From contig NC_042997.1 in NCBI RefSeq assembly GCF_006345805.1, positions 205,964,001 through 206,028,000 of the forward strand: DNA of 64,000 nucleotides. The letters run 5' to 3'. Every line of letters begins with the position of its first letter. Position 1 is the stretch's first letter. The stretch is from Octopus sinensis (taxonomy: Eukaryota). The notes under the pieces are model-generated. The model did no database searches. It was not told where the DNA came from and saw only the letters and a program-made list of their open reading frames with translations. The position numbers and the translations under genes are program-made. Below, piece by piece: positions 11,460 to 25,559 of this stretch.

Positions 11460-14421
11460 GAGGACTCTTCATCCTTGCTGTAAGAGGCAAGGGAAACAAC
11501 ACAGGAGTGGCAGATTATGGGTTATAAGGCTTCCTTATTTGGTGAAGCGGGATGTCGCCATGGGTCATCTTCGATGATGGGAGTGATTATTCAATCACAT
11601 TGATCAGCTACCGCCTGTCCTAAACTGGACAGTCCCCAGTCAGTAAAGTGCTGATCCACCACGTATGTCCGCTGCTAAGTGTGTATGGAGCTAGGATAAA
11701 AACTGAAAAGCAGATGTAAAGCCCAGCACCTGGCAAAGGAGGAAGAAAACTGAAATTGATCCCACTGAAACTGGGGACCTGGAATGTCAGAACAATGACA
11801 ACTGAAAGGGACATTACCGACCTGGACAAGACAGAGGACACCAGGAAAAGGGCAATCATTGACAGGGTGCTCACCCGGCTGAATGTAGACATCACTGCCC
11901 TGCAAGAGACAAGACTTGCTGACTCTGGTTCCGTTAGGGAAAGAAATCACACATTCTTCTGGAAGGGTCTTGGAGAAGATGAGAGGAGAATCCATGGTGT
12001 GGGGGTTTGCAGTACACAGAAGATTGCTGAACAAGATCAGTACTCCTCAAGGTATATCTGAGCGCATCACTATCATGGAAGTGGGGACTAAAACTGGAAG
12101 GAACCATCTCATTAGTGCCTATGCCCCGATTGTAACAGCAGAAAATAAGAAGAGAGATCAGTTTTACGAGGAACTTCAGGATGTGATCAACAGTGTCCCA
12201 AAGGCAGACCAACTCTTTCTCATGGGCACTTTCAATGCAAGAGTAGGTGCTGATCACCAAGCATGGCCCAACTGCTTTGGACAGTTTGGACTGGGGAAAA
12301 TCAATGAGAATGTCCAGAGACTCTTAGAATTCTGCACAAATAACAACCTGTACATTACAAACACCTTCTACAATGGCGAAGACTGGCATAAAGTTTCTTG
12401 GTGCCATCCAAGATCAGGTCATTGGCACTAGATTAACTTCATCAACATCAGAAAGAATGATGTCAACACTGTGAAGCAAACAAGATCCTTCCACAGTGCG
12501 GACTGTAACACAGATCATCTGTGGTAAAGATGGTCACAAAAAAAAAACCCACCAAGAGCCGAAAAATCAAAAAAACCTAAGAACAACACAAAAAACACCC
12601 AAGATCCAGCAATGAGAACCAAATTTCAAGAATATGTGGAAGAACAGCTCCAAAATTTAGATAGCTCATCCCCTGACAACATATGGAACAACATGAAATC
12701 AGCAATATATGATTCAGCGTCAAGGGCCTTTGGAACAGATTGACTTTCCAAGGAGGACTAGATCAAAGCCAATGCATCAATACTAATGCCATTACTTGAG
12801 AAAAAGCGCAAATTCTTCATAAAGCACAAGAGAAAGCCAATAGAAAGTAGAAAGCAACAGCTACGTGCTGCAAAATCCAACCTTCCAAAAGAAACTAGAA
12901 AATGTGCCAACCAGCGTGGGATAACTTATGCTTAGAAATTCAACAGGTGAGTGACATGGGTAACATCAGGAAAATGTTTGAAAAGATTAGAGTTGCTATC
13001 GCACCAACAGTGAGTAAAGTGGCACCTCTCAAGTCTGCAACAGGTAACCAGCTGATTGACAAGAAGACACAAAGGAGCAAGATGTTGATAGACATTATGA
13101 AATGACTTCAAAAGCCAGCAGAAAGAGTACTACAAGAGAGCCAGTGCGGTTTTAGATCTAACCACTCAGCAACGGATATGTTCTTCTCCATTCGTCAACT
13201 GCAAGAAAAATGCTGGGAGCAGCAATTCCCACTATATATAGCATTTGTCGATCTGACAAAGGCATTAGATACAGTCAGCAGATCGGGACTGTACATGGTG
13301 CTTGGAAAATGTGGCTGTCCCCCAGTACTACTGCAGCTCTTTGTTTCATTCCATGATGACATGAAGGCCACCATTCAGTTTGAGAGTTTAATATCAGATA
13401 GCTTCAACATCAACAGCGGAGTAAAACAAGGTTGTGTCTTCGCACCAATCAGCATTTACTTTGCTGTATTGCTGCAGTATGCATTTCAAGAGATGCCAGG
13501 AGATGTCTACCTCTGTTGGAGAACTGATCGGTCACTCTTTGATCTTTCTAGAGTTCAGGCCAAGACTAAGATCAATAGAGCAACAATAAGAGATTTTCTC
13601 TTCGCCAACGATGTCGCACTTGTTGCTCACACTGAATTAACTCTACAAATAATGATGGACCACCTATCATCAGCATGCAAAACCTTCAGTTTGGTCATCA
13701 GTGTAAAGAAGACAGTCATCCTCACTCTGGAGGGTACAGTGAAGGACCATATCAAGCTTGATGACAAACAGCTTGGGACAGTGGACAGGTTCTTCTATCT
13801 AGGGTCTACCATTTCCTCTACTACTACACTTGAGAATGAGATTAATGTCAGGATAGGGAAGACAGCAACAACTTTTGGAAGGCTGACAAAACGAGTATGG
13901 AAGAACAAGAGATTAGACATCTAGATAAAAAGATCAGGATTTATGAAGCATTTGTTTTCAACACATTCCTCTATGGATCTGAAAGATGGACCTTGTACAG
14001 CAGACAGGAAAGGTGCCTCGGCATTTTCCATCTCAGATGCTTCCGCAAGATCTTAGGGCTAACATGGCGTGACAAGGTCACCAGTGTTCAAGTGCTGGCG
14101 CAGGCAAATCTTCAAAGCATGACAGCTTTCTTGTGTATGAGAAGACTGAGGTGGCTGGGGCATGTTAGGAGAATGGATGACCATCGAATCCTGAAGCAAC
14201 TGCTCTATGGAAAACTGGCTCAGGGCAAGAGACCAAGGGGAAGACCAAAACTGAGGTATAAGGACACTTGCAAAATTAGTTTTTCCAAGTGTGAGGTGGA
14301 TGTCAGCACTTGGGAAGAGAGGGCTGAGGACAGAACAACATGGAGGACTGTGGTGAAGGAAGGAACTGCTTTGCTAAAGAGCAGCTACAGAAACAAACAT
14401 GTTGAGAAGTGTAGAGGTTGA
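11460..14421 (+). mobile_element. Near full-length decayed RTE (BovB-like) LINE, APE + RT
   Basis: LGTWNVRTM..ITALQETRL (APE); FVDLTKALDTV..GVKQGCVFAP..FLFANDVAL (RT); RRLRWLGHVRRM..GKRPRGRPKLRYKD (C-terminus). Multiple stops and frameshifts. Confidence 0.92.
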
Positions 14422-14422
14422 T

Positions 14423-16490
14423 GACATGCAAACCAAGCCTTTTCTATGGCCTCCTCAAAATCCACAAGAGTCAAATTATTACCAATGCCTGCAAATGAAT
14501 CCAGGTCTATACATAAATATCCCAACACCAGAAGACCTATTATTGTGGGCCCAGCCTGTGAAACACACTGCCTAAGCAAATTTCTGGACATACTATTGAA
14601 ACCTTTCCTCAAATACATTAAAAGTTTCATTAGAGACAATCTGGACATGCTAGAGCATCTACCAAAAACCACCAATGAAGAAGCTCTATTTGTCTCCTTC
14701 GATGTCATCAACCTCTACACCAACATTCCACATGACTACGGAATAGAGGCAATAAAATTCTGGTTAGAAAAATACCCTGAAGTTCTCCTGGATCGCATAA
14801 ACCAGACTTTTGTCATTGAATCCTTGAAGTTCATCCTACAAAATAATTACTTCCTATTTGATGCAACATACTACCACCAAAAATACGGTATTGCGATGGG
14901 AACAAAAGCAGCACCTGTCCTTGCAAACCTAATAATGGTTTTCTTTGAATCTACCTTATATGAAGTTTCGCTCCAAAAATTTGGAACCCCATTCCACCAG
15001 TATATAAGGGAAAACTGAAAAAGGTACCTAGACAATTGTTTTATCATCTGGAATGAAACCTATGATAAACTCCTGGATTTTATATCCACACTGAACAATA
15101 TTATCCCCAACATTCAATTTACAATGGAATATAGCAAGAAACAGCTCCCATTTCTGGACATTTTGATTTTTAAAATCCAACAACCAAATTGCAACTGACA
15201 TTTACTACAAACCAACAGACTCAAAACAGTATCTCCTTTTCTGTTCATGCCATCCTAAACACACCAAAATAAGTATCCCATTCAATCTTGCAAAAAGGAT
15301 CTGTACAATTGTATCTGACACAACCACTCGGGAACTTTGCCTACAAGACCTCAGAATAACACTCATTGAACGTCAATACCCACCTACACTTATAGACCAT
15401 GGAATTGAATGTGTCAAGAAATTGGACACAGACATACTAAGGGTAACAAAACAAAACACCACACCTCACTTTAAATCACTCCCATACATATCAACCCACA
15501 ACCAATGAAGCATACAACACAATTAGACAAAATCTCTCTCTGCTCACTCAAGACCCAAAAATGAACAACATCCTAAATCCACATAAATTACTAAAATGCA
15601 AAGGACAAGACAAATCACTCAAGAGACTCCTAACAAATGCAAAACTATACTCAATACATATGATACCAACAGTTAAAAATGCAGATGACCTAATTGTGGT
15701 ACATGCCCATACCTAACTGAAGGCTCAGAATTTATATTCCAGCAAGGAGTAAAATTCTCAATTAAGACCAACTTCACATATGCTTCCCAGAACCTTAACT
15801 ATGTCCAAACCTGCTCAGGAGGTGGCCACATTTATGTGAGCCAAATGAGCCTTACTTTGAGATGCAGAGTCACGCTGCATAAAGAACAGATTCGTTTCCT
15901 CAATACAGGCAGATAGCCCTTAGCGAACATGTTGATAGATGTGCAAGAAATAAAATGCTGAATTTCCAAATCTTTCCAGTATACGAATTCAAAGATTCGA
16001 TCTCCTTACCAGAACGCCTAAACAAGGAAAACCTGTTCATACAAAAGGCGGTGAGCTGGCAGAAACGTTAGCACGCCGAGTGAAATGCTTAGCTGTATTT
16101 CGTCTGCCGTTACGTTCTGAGTTCAAATTTCTCTGAGGTTGACTTTGCCTTTCATCCTTTCGGAGTCGATTCATTAAGTACCAGTTACGCACTGGGGTCG
16201 ATGTAATCGACTTAATCTGTTTGTCTGTCCTTGTTTGTCCTCTCTGTGTTTAGCCCCTAGTGGGTAGTAAAGAAATACATACAAAAGTACAGACCACACC
16301 TTAATAAACAAACTTGACAACTTCAAAAATTATACTTAGGAATTAGTTGTCCCCCTTGCCCCTTGTTACTTCCCTTGGTCCACACTCTAATTTTTCAAGC
16401 ATCCAAAATGGCGAGACCCCTTTGTCACAAGTATTGATTACTGTACAATGTCCCTTGAAAAGCTAATTTAAATAGCGAAAACTGGTTGGA
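14423..16490 (+). mobile_element. 5'-truncated Penelope-like element (RT + GIY-YIG remnant + 3' region)
   Basis: RRPIIVGP..SFDVINLYTNIPH..GIAMGTKAAPVLANL, then RYLDNCF; decayed Cys-rich/GIY-YIG region ~15690-16040; degenerate hammerhead-like motif at ~16454-16481. Confidence 0.85.
16048..16277 (+). mobile_element. tRNA-derived SINE (Meta/MESC-like core) inserted in the Penelope 3' end
   Basis: Full head GGCGGTGAGCTGGCAGAAACGTTAGCAC, core TTTCATCCTTTCGGAGTCGA..AAGTACCAG, and a 10-bp TSD CATACAAAAG (16038-16047 / 16278-16287). Confidence 0.88.
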
Positions 16491-19400
16491 TATCACACAT
16501 ATAGATATGTGTGTGTGTGTGTGTGTATACACACACACTCACACACATATCTATATACATATTTTGTTAGTCTGAGTTGAAATTCCGCCGAGGTCGACTT
16601 TGCTTTTCATCCATTCTGGGTCAATAAAATAAGTACCAGTTGAGTTTTGGGGCCAATGTACACGACTCATCCCCCTCCCCCAAATTTTCAGGTCTTGAAG
16701 GGATTAAAATTGACATAGGTGTGTAAATTTGATGTTCAAAGGGAGAAAGATTCAGTTTGACTCCAATTGAAATCAATTTTTTTTAATAATATTGCAGACA
16801 GCTAAATATCATCTGCTTAATGTTTGTCATGGAAAGGGCACCACTCATTTTTACTTAGACATGTGACTCTTGAGAAAGGGGCAGGTGGTCTTTTGGAATA
16901 GCTGCAAATAACTGCCATTTTTTCTTTAATTATCTGCTAATGAATTTGGAAATAATGGTTGGGAAAAAAATAAATGGAATTTTGTAAAATTTCAGTGTGA
17001 CTTAAAAAATTACAGCTCAACTTTAATTGAAATGACCTTTTTTTTAATGTTGCAACTTGTATTTGTGATGAGTGTAGTTAGAAACTTTATCTTCCCCTCA
17101 TTATTTTTTACCAAAATTTCTTCGGGTTCCTGTCTTCCATATAGAAGATTAGGATTTTGTCTCCAAAATACATTTTCAAAATGTTAATAACCTTAACTCT
17201 CCCCACCCCAAATTTGAATTTGTAAAGCCACATAGAAAAATAGAGATTAAGTATCTTTACAAATTTTTTATTTTCAATTTTTCTTAAAGAAACTCAAATT
17301 CCTTCCCCCAACCTGCACCCATCACCTCCGAATGTTTTACTGTTAGCTTTTTTGAAAGCAGGGAAGTTTTTCTTGAAATAATGTCGTTTAGCTGTTGTTT
17401 CTAGCACGTTGGGATTTCTGGTGGTGGTCTGATATTTTTGACATCTGCTATTTCAATAGAATTCTATGCATTTGTGAAACATCAGACGAAAGTGAAACAT
17501 TCTGAGTTCTTAGTTTTTTGAAAGCAGGGAGATGATGGGTGTGTGTGAGGGGAGGAACGGGCATTAAGAAATTGGGGCAGGGGTGGGGGAAAATCAAAAT
17601 TTTGAAAACTGGATTTTTTGACAAAACCATATTCCCCTATATTGAAAGCAGAAATTCAAAAGAGTTTTTGGAAAAACACACCATAAATGGGTGGTGTACA
17701 CATTCTTTACCTTTGCCAAATTTCATGGTTTTAACAGGTGTAGCGTTTATCTTTACATTAAAAAAGTGTGGTTGTTTGTATGTTTGGAATCTCCATCATC
17801 GAAAACAGGAATCCAGTGCAAATAAAAATAATCGGAAAGGTTGGTTTTGGGGTTGGTAACTGTGCACCAGGTCTGCCATAAAAATACATGGTGGGTGCGC
17901 ACATATTAATGGGGGTAGGTTTGAAAATTAGTAAACGGGGCAAAATTAGTAACTTCTGATTTCTTGTTATTTTCTTCCTCCCTGTGTGAAATCCCTTACT
18001 TTGTAAGCATTGCATCACCATTTTGTATTGCTACATTATACTTGGGGATAAAAACTGGTTATTGCTGTTGAAGTTGTGGAAGTACAAAGCATAGTCAAGG
18101 GGCAGGTCCCCTTTTTTTTGTCAAGAAATTTCTCTGCAACTTTGACCCAATTGTAATTGAGGTTGCTAATAAAATATCTGGATAATTTTTCATGCTAAAC
18201 AATCAATATTGATTTCTCTGCTGGATTCCAAGTCGATTTTTCCTCATACTAATGTCTAATTTGATAATCTTCAAGTTTCCCAAAAGTTACAACGAGTAAT
18301 GACTAATTTCAGTAATTTCTTCTCTTTAACTGCATGGTGGGTAAATGTATCACGAACAGAACATTCCAGCAGATCGTGAAGAAGAAGAAGAATATTTTAT
18401 GTTGGGTTTTCTTATATTTAGTCTAATTTCATTAATTTCATATCCTGTGCCATTTTTTCCCTGATCCTCTTTCATTTGATTTAGATTTTAAAATGTTATT
18501 CTTTTGGCATGTCTGAATGTTTCTGATGTTTTCGGATGGATATTAATGTGTATGAGTCTGTTTTCTGAAGAACTGAAGCAGCACATAGTACATTGTCTTA
18601 CTCATTTTGTGGCAGCCTTTCATTTTCCAAATGAAATACAATTGGTGAAATTGAAACCAGAACTTTTGGCATTGTACAACAGAAAGAACACCTATTTTTC
18701 CGTAAGTTGTAAGATAGTTGTATTTACAAAACATGTAAAACATCTGAATGAGGTTTATCAAGTGTATGCACAGGAAAATAAGTTGTCTAAATCTAATTTT
18801 AATGTAAATGCTTGTCTTTAATAATATGTTGCCTTTTAGAGTTTCATTACGAGAGAGGGGGGAGGGGGAGAGACACTGTGTGTGTGTATGTGTGTTGTAA
18901 GTTGGTTGATCAAAGCAGTAAGAGAGAATGTCTATTCATGTTATATGCACAAAGATTGGTAAAACAACCTCAAGCACAGTCAACTTACTCCTAATTACAT
19001 TCAACTTTGAAGATTCTTTATGTAATGCATTGGTAAGGCATCAAAGAATGGCTTGTTGAGAATTTGCTGAGCCTTGTTGATTGGCCAGTTGTAACCCAAA
19101 AGTTGCACATTAATCTGTTAAAAAACGAAACGCAGCAGGTTTTGGTTTCTTTGCTTTCCACATTTTAGCTGGAGTCACGGTGACTGGCATTGTGACAGGA
19201 GTACCACAACCCCAACGAAACAATTGACCAATCACCATTGCTGTATTATGTGGTTCAAGACCAAGGTGTTGTGGGCAGAAAACACACTGGGAAAAGACTG
19301 TCCAACTGCTGCACATCTTTCTCTGAACCTACTACACACATATGCAGACTTCACTTGCTGATGGTAGACACACTGCAGACTCACTTGCATTTTGAGCAAA

Positions 19401-19800
19401 ATCATACAGAGCCCCTTGTTTGCACCTTCCATGACAATACCTCTTACCAGCTTAAAAACTGGACAGTGTTTTTGCTTGCTGTCAACCATTGTCAACTGGT
19501 AAACATTTTGATTTTATAAACACAGGCATTTGTGCATTCATTTTCTATCACACGTTTGGCTAACATGTTATTCAGCTGACTTTGTTAAATGTGAAAATAT
19601 CTTTTGTACATTCTCACAAACACACGTAAACCTTATTACCTTGCACAATGTTGTCAATTAACCTTTTAGCGTTTAAACTGGCCATATCTGGCCCAAAAAT
19701 ATAACATGTTTTATATTTAAACTGGCAAGATCCAGCCCCTAGAACACCTGCCCTACAATGTCATGCTAAAAAAATAATCACATTATCACAATGTTTAAAA

Positions 19801-20020
19801 CCCTTTCATTACCAACCTGGCTGAAACCTCTCTGGCTCTGTAGTACAAATGTCTTGTTTTCATAAGTTCTGAATTAAAATCTTCCACCAAACCTTAGTCA
19901 CAGTTTATGTTCCTAACACTAGCTTAATGATAACTAAGTTATTTTACTAAATTCTTTGTTATACTTAAAATAATTGAAAGAAACACAGAGCATCTCAGAA
20001 TAAATACGGTAACAAAAGGG
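19801..20020. mobile_element. piggyBac-like MITE, apparently nested in a second TTAA-flanked element starting ~19658
   Basis: Ends CCCTTTCATTACC ... GGTAACAAAAGGG, followed by TTAA. The left target is degenerate. Confidence 0.55.
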
Positions 20021-20400
20021 TTAAGCCATGTGATAATGGCATCGATTCAAAACAATGTGAATAGACAGGCATTACATTTGACCGAGTAATCCGAATCCAC
20101 AAGTCATTCTGTAGACATTATGGTTGGAGGCATGTTGTAAGCAGTATTCTTCACTTGCACGGATGTGCGTGAACCACTTGAAGAATTGGATGCAGGTGGA
20201 TATTGGAGGTGTTAGGATGTTGTTTCAAATAACTAGGGGAAGGATTTTCATCTCTCCCTTAACTGTGAGAAAGAGAAATAATATGAGAGAGAGGGAGTGA
20301 AAAACAACTTTGAGTACAAATGATGTATTCAATGCCTTAACGATGTTTTTTCCTAATTATTTTCTTTTCATTTTGCAGAGTAAAAATACCTGTTGAAATC

Positions 20401-20413
20401 ATGGCAGAGAAAG
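20401..20413 (+). CDS. Host gene first coding exon (exon 20379-20413; MAEK + phase-1 G)
   Basis: Pyrimidine tract TTTTCTTTTCATTTTGCAG acceptor, strong Kozak ATCATGG, and donor AAG|GTATTT. Its phase matches the 37509 exon. Confidence 0.6.
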
Positions 20414-20427
20414 GTATTTATTTATTT

Positions 20428-20650
20428 TTTACTCTTTACTCTTTTACTCTTTTACTTGTTTCCGTCATTTGACTGCAGCCATGCTGGAGCAGTGCCTTTA
20501 GTCAAGCAAATTGACCCCAGGACTTATTCTTTGTAAGCCTAGTAGTTATTCTATCAGTCTCTTTGCTGAACTGCTAAGTTACGGGGATGTAAACACACCA
20601 ACATCGGTTGTCAAGCGATGTTGGGGGGGGGGGGACAAACACAGACATAC
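20428..20650 (-). mobile_element. SINE 3' portion
   Basis: (TTACTCTT)n tail plus GCCATGCTGGAGCA..GCCTTTAGTC..GTAAACACACCAACATCGGTTGTCAAGCGATG. Confidence 0.8.
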
Positions 20651-20739
20651 ATACATCATATTTTTCTAAAATTTTCTCTTTGAGACATAAATTTTCAAAA
20701 ATACTACTTGTGAAAATTTACAGAAATAAAACAATAAAA

Positions 20740-20940
20740 CCTTTACCCATCATCAGCATCATTACCATTGTCAGCACATTCATTATCATCAGCTTCATCA
20801 TTATAAAATTATCAACATCATCATCATCACTATGATAATCACCATCATCATCACCATCTTCATCTTCATCATCATCATCATCATCATCATGAGCATCATC
20901 ATAATAAACATCATGGTCATGATGTCCATTATGATGATGC
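20740..20940. repeat. Degenerate (ATC)n microsatellite
   Basis: Visible directly; it gives the poly-D/H ORF on the - strand. Confidence 0.9.
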
Positions 20941-22109
20941 ATAGACAGCAACTAGCCTGAAAGTATGTCCTTCACAGTCTTTCACGTCCAAAACCAGTGA
21001 CTTACCTTCCGGATCCAGGAAGATCATCTGTATTGCAAGATCCAGATTTTTCTGAACCATCACGGTAACTCCACCTCTCGCTCCCAGATGACTTCCCAAG
21101 ATGCATACACCTGCTTAATACAAAGAAATTTCAAATTCCAAAATATCAACTTAAATTGAAAATAACTGAATTTGTGATGAATCCTAGAAATGCTGACTGC
21201 CATGGGTGAATGATATATTTTGAGAGACAAACTTTGAGGTACCAAATGAGGTGATATTTTTGCAGAAAATAAAACAAACCTGAATATAGAATTGCTGTGA
21301 AAACAGCTTAGCAGATGAGGTAAATACCCTTGAAAGACACACAGAAAGAAGAATGGCCTCACAAGCCACTACAGAGAATCAAAGTGTGTACCTTTTTAAT
21401 TTCAGTTAAGCTGTACCCTTAAGCAAACCCTGACATCATCTACCATCTTCTATAATGCTAAATATCTTAAAATTACAGAAATATTTTAATTCGTTAAAAA
21501 TAATCACCTTTTGTTTTTGTCATTTGTTTTATTGCTAATATTTATTGACAATATTTTCACTGTAACATTCCTATCATAGAGCACTTTCATTCTAACACAA
21601 CTTTTGTATAATTCCCTTTTAAAATAATTCACATATTTTGATTTAAAGTCAATTTGGGGGGTTACTTAACATATTTTTGGTCATTTAAAGCCACACCACT
21701 GTTTTGTGGCTAATATCTTTTAATGAGTTCCTCACAAAAAATTCATCTCATTGAGCACATTCTTTGAAAGTCAATTTCTTTAAAAATAATTCAAATATTT
21801 TGATTCAAAATCAATTTTTCACTTGACTTTCTCATTTTCACCTCAAATATTTTGACCTAACTTTTTTTCTAATGAACGATGATGATGATGATGATGAAAT
21901 TTCAATTATTTATATCCAAATGTAGATTTGGATGGACCATTATTACGAAAAAAAAACTGAATGGAATTTGGTTTGGAACTGACTTAGCGATGGAGGCTAG
22001 AAGTTCTTATGAGTGATTCAAATTTGACCTTAAGAATATATTAACCACTATTATAGATTAATCACATGTGTATCTGTCTATCTATCGATCTATCTATATA
22101 GATACAAAT

Positions 22110-22500
22110 ACATCATCATCATCATTGTTGAATGTTCATTTTCTATGCTGTCATGGATTGGACGGTTTGACTGGGGATTGGCAAGCCAGGAGGCCATACC
22201 AGGTTCCAATCTCACCTGGCAAGGTTTCTACAGCTTTTTACATGCTTTTTACTTGTCACTGGCATAGGGAGCCAGTCAGGTGGCACTGACATTGATCCAC
22301 ACTTGAATGGTGCTTATTACGTGTCACTGGCACTGGGAACCAGTCAGGCAGCACTGACATCAACCCACGGTTGAATGGTGCTTGAATGATGAGCTTACTC
22401 TCTGCAACTCCCATCGCCTCTGCCTTCCATCCGATGTTTTGTGTCAACCCATGGGCTTGAATGATGAGCTTGCTCTCTGCAACTCCCATCACCTCTGCCT
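22110..22500 (-). mobile_element. RTE-3'-end-like short retroposon with (GAT)n tail and internal tandem repeats
   Basis: Family shared with 32890-33112, 34745-35105, 41520-41680, 42140-42345 and 44140-44507. Confidence 0.65.
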
Positions 22501-24780
22501 TCTATTCAGTGTTTTTAAATCTGTCTAAACTGATAATCTGTTTCTTACCATGCATATCCAAAGTTATAGTTTTATCTTTAATTGACAAAACTTTAAAAGG
22601 TCCAGTGTATTTATAATTCAGTGAATGATGACTAGCATCATAACATATAAATACATGAGTCCAAGAATTGATATCGGAAGGGAGGAAACTTTTAATATTT
22701 TGTAATTTACTTGTAAAAGAAGGAACATCAGAATTTGCAAAAGTACCTAATGGTGCTTTAATGTGATGATTCACTTTTGCTTCTTGGCACTGCATACACG
22801 ATTGAACCCAAGAACGAATATCCTTATTCATGCTGGGCCAAACAAATTGACTCGATATTAATTTTAATGAAGCTCCAATACCAGGATAAGATAAATTATG
22901 TAAGGTAGAAAAAACAACTTTTCTATGTCTTTCAGGCACAAATGGTCTAGAAATACCAGTAGAAATATCACACCTAACCCTAACCTTAACCCTCACCCTA
23001 ACCCCACATATATAAAAAAATAAAAATTTTACGGAAAGTGACGATCTTCTTCAAATGTAAACAAATACACGTACCACTGGAAGCTGTTCTTGAACTTGTT
23101 GCAAGCAACAGCAGTAATTGTATTCACCTCAAAAGACATCATTAATTGGTTGAAATTGCCGAAATACAAGAAATTAAACAAGAAATAGCTTACAAAATAC
23201 AGAATTTTCTCAAGAAAGCCAAGAGAAAAAGATGTTTTATGCGACACATTCTACCAGCATACGAAGTTTAAAAGTGTTTAGTTACAAAGAAATTATTTTT
23301 AAAATCTGCCGGTCAAAGTGAAAAGATCCATTTTCAACACCCTTCATATACTGTATATCCACAGTATACTGTGAAATATAATCAAGGTGTCTAATTTATT
23401 TGGGAGAATATTTTTCAGAAGAATTTTTTAGTGCATGTGTCAATGGTTTATGGTCAGTAAATAATGTAAATGACCTACCTTCAAGAAGATGTCTGAAGTA
23501 TTTAGTTAACAAGTAAGCTGCCAATAATTCTCAGCCGAAAACACTGTGTTTCGTTTCTGGTGCCTTGAATTTCTTTGAAAAGAATGATAATGGTGGCCAA
23601 GAACCACAATGAAACTGTTGTAAAACTCCACCGATTCCAACATCAACTACTAATGATAATTTTGCTTCAGGAACCGGATGACTCAAAAGTGTTTCTTCAC
23701 AAAGTTTTCCTTTTATGCAATGAAAGGCCTGTAATTCTTCACCTTTTAAAGCTATAGCTTCATTTTTCTTTTTCCTATTCTTTAATAATTCAGTTAGAGG
23801 AAATAGAATTTCTGTGCAATTGTGGAATGAAACGTCTCTAAAAATTAATGAGTCCTAAAAATTCTCAATGCTTTTTGTAAAGAATTTGGTATTGGAAATT
23901 TGTTATTAGCTTCAACTTCGTCTGGCAGTGGGTGAATTCCAGCTTTATCAATGAGATGACCTAAAAAACATACAGTGCGTTCACTGAAAACACACTTTGA
24001 TGGATTTATCACTATACCATATTTAGTCAGTCTTTCAAAAATATGTTTTAAGTGATTTTCATGAACTTCTTCTGGCGGACTAGCAATGAGAATATCGTCT
24101 ATATTAGCAAATACAAAAGGTAAATCTTTTGTTACTTTGTCAATGAATCTCTGAATCCTCAATCCAAAAGGCATACAAAATAATTCATACAAGTGAAACG
24201 GAGTTGTAATTGTAGTTTTTGGTATATCATTCTCTTCAACAAGAATTTGATTGTATGCTCTAACTAAATCTATTTTCAAAATGTTATTACAACCACTCAA
24301 TGAAGCTGCAAAATCATGGATATGTGGAATAGAATAGTTATCTTGTAGTGTTTTTGCATTAAGCTGTCTAAAATCTCTGCATGGATGCCAGTCTGTGAGA
24401 TTTTTTTTTACCAAAACTAAAAGTGTAGACCAAGTACTGCTAGAAGGCTGAATTATTCTGAGGTCTAACATGTGACAAAATGTGGCCTTAGCAATCTTTA
24501 ATTTCTCTTGATATAGTCTACAAGGTTTGGAAAAACTTGGTGGTCCATGGGTCACAATGTGATGACTGACTGAATGAACACATTTGGTGTTTAGAGCTAA
24601 TGGTTTTGTAAATTCAGGGTAATTCTTCAAAATCCTGTAATAATGATTTTTGGAGTATGCCATAAAATATAACAGACTAATTGTCGCATTCCCGCATCTC
24701 ATGCCTTGAATGTTCCTCAATTTATAATGGTGATTATTCTCCAGGGTAGAATTTGGAATCCATGTCAGTTGGTCACCAAT
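22500..24780 (-). mobile_element. Decayed Ty3/Gypsy element (RT, RNase H, partial integrase)
   Basis: RT ORF 23845-24720 (DFRQLNAKT..KIDLVRAYNQI..FANIDDILIAS). RNase H ~23430-23740 (LSFFSKK..ELLAAY..FTLFTDHKPL). Integrase zinc region 22502-22996. PBS-like TGGTGACC at 24771-24778 on the - strand. An unrelated insert lies at ~22970-23350. Confidence 0.85.
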
Positions 24781-25559
24781 TTATAACAGCATGGGTATTG
24801 AGAAAAATGATGAGTGGCAATTTATAACAGTGGGAAATAACCTATAACCGTTAGATAATTTAATCTGTTTATAATATGTTCGACTTCAAAATATAATAAA
24901 TATAAATATTTATTTAGCAGGAATCTGTGGTGATAAATCTGTCACTTATAACTTAATTATAAGTATTTTATCACCATACATAAATTCTAGCTTAGACTAT
25001 CTAAACACTGTGGTGAGTTATACACACCAGGTCGCTGAATGTACATGTTGAATATAAGAAAGCTCACTCTTTTTCACCGCTATAATAACAGTTTCAATAG
25101 TTGCAGAAATAAATTTCATCAACAGGTTGAAGAAAATGAAGAAAAAGAAATTATTTACTAAATCAATTAATTTACATACATTTAATATTTACAATATATT
25201 TTTATAAGAGAAGTCAAAAGAAAACTGTTGTAGAGAGTTTATGACATGAAGATTGAATTATCTAATTCTTTCATTACTAAACTAGAAAGACTTTTAAACA
25301 ACAATTCAAAATAGTTGAATTAGACAAGACTTGGCATGACAATGACCAATATCTCAAGAAAGTGTCATGGAATCAAGTAGAAGACCAATAAATACTGATA
25401 TATTTCCCCAAAATCAAGGTTTTTATAACTGCTAATATCTGAATTCTAAGAATTGTATTTCATGAAAGATTTCTCTTTGGCAAAAGTTAGAATTCAAATA
25501 TGGGTAGTAATTTTAACCAATGGGAAACTAATAATTATAGCTATTTAGTCAACATGATC

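Noticed and set aside
18500-19520. Cys-containing ORFs (18504-18821, 19232-19519) as possible host exons or a zinc finger
   Set aside because: There are no convincing splice sites in phase with the host gene and no recognisable domain. Probably decayed transposon sequence.
20718-20951. His/Asp-rich ORF suggesting a metal-binding or biomineral protein
   Set aside because: It is a degenerate (ATC)n microsatellite with no splice or codon support.
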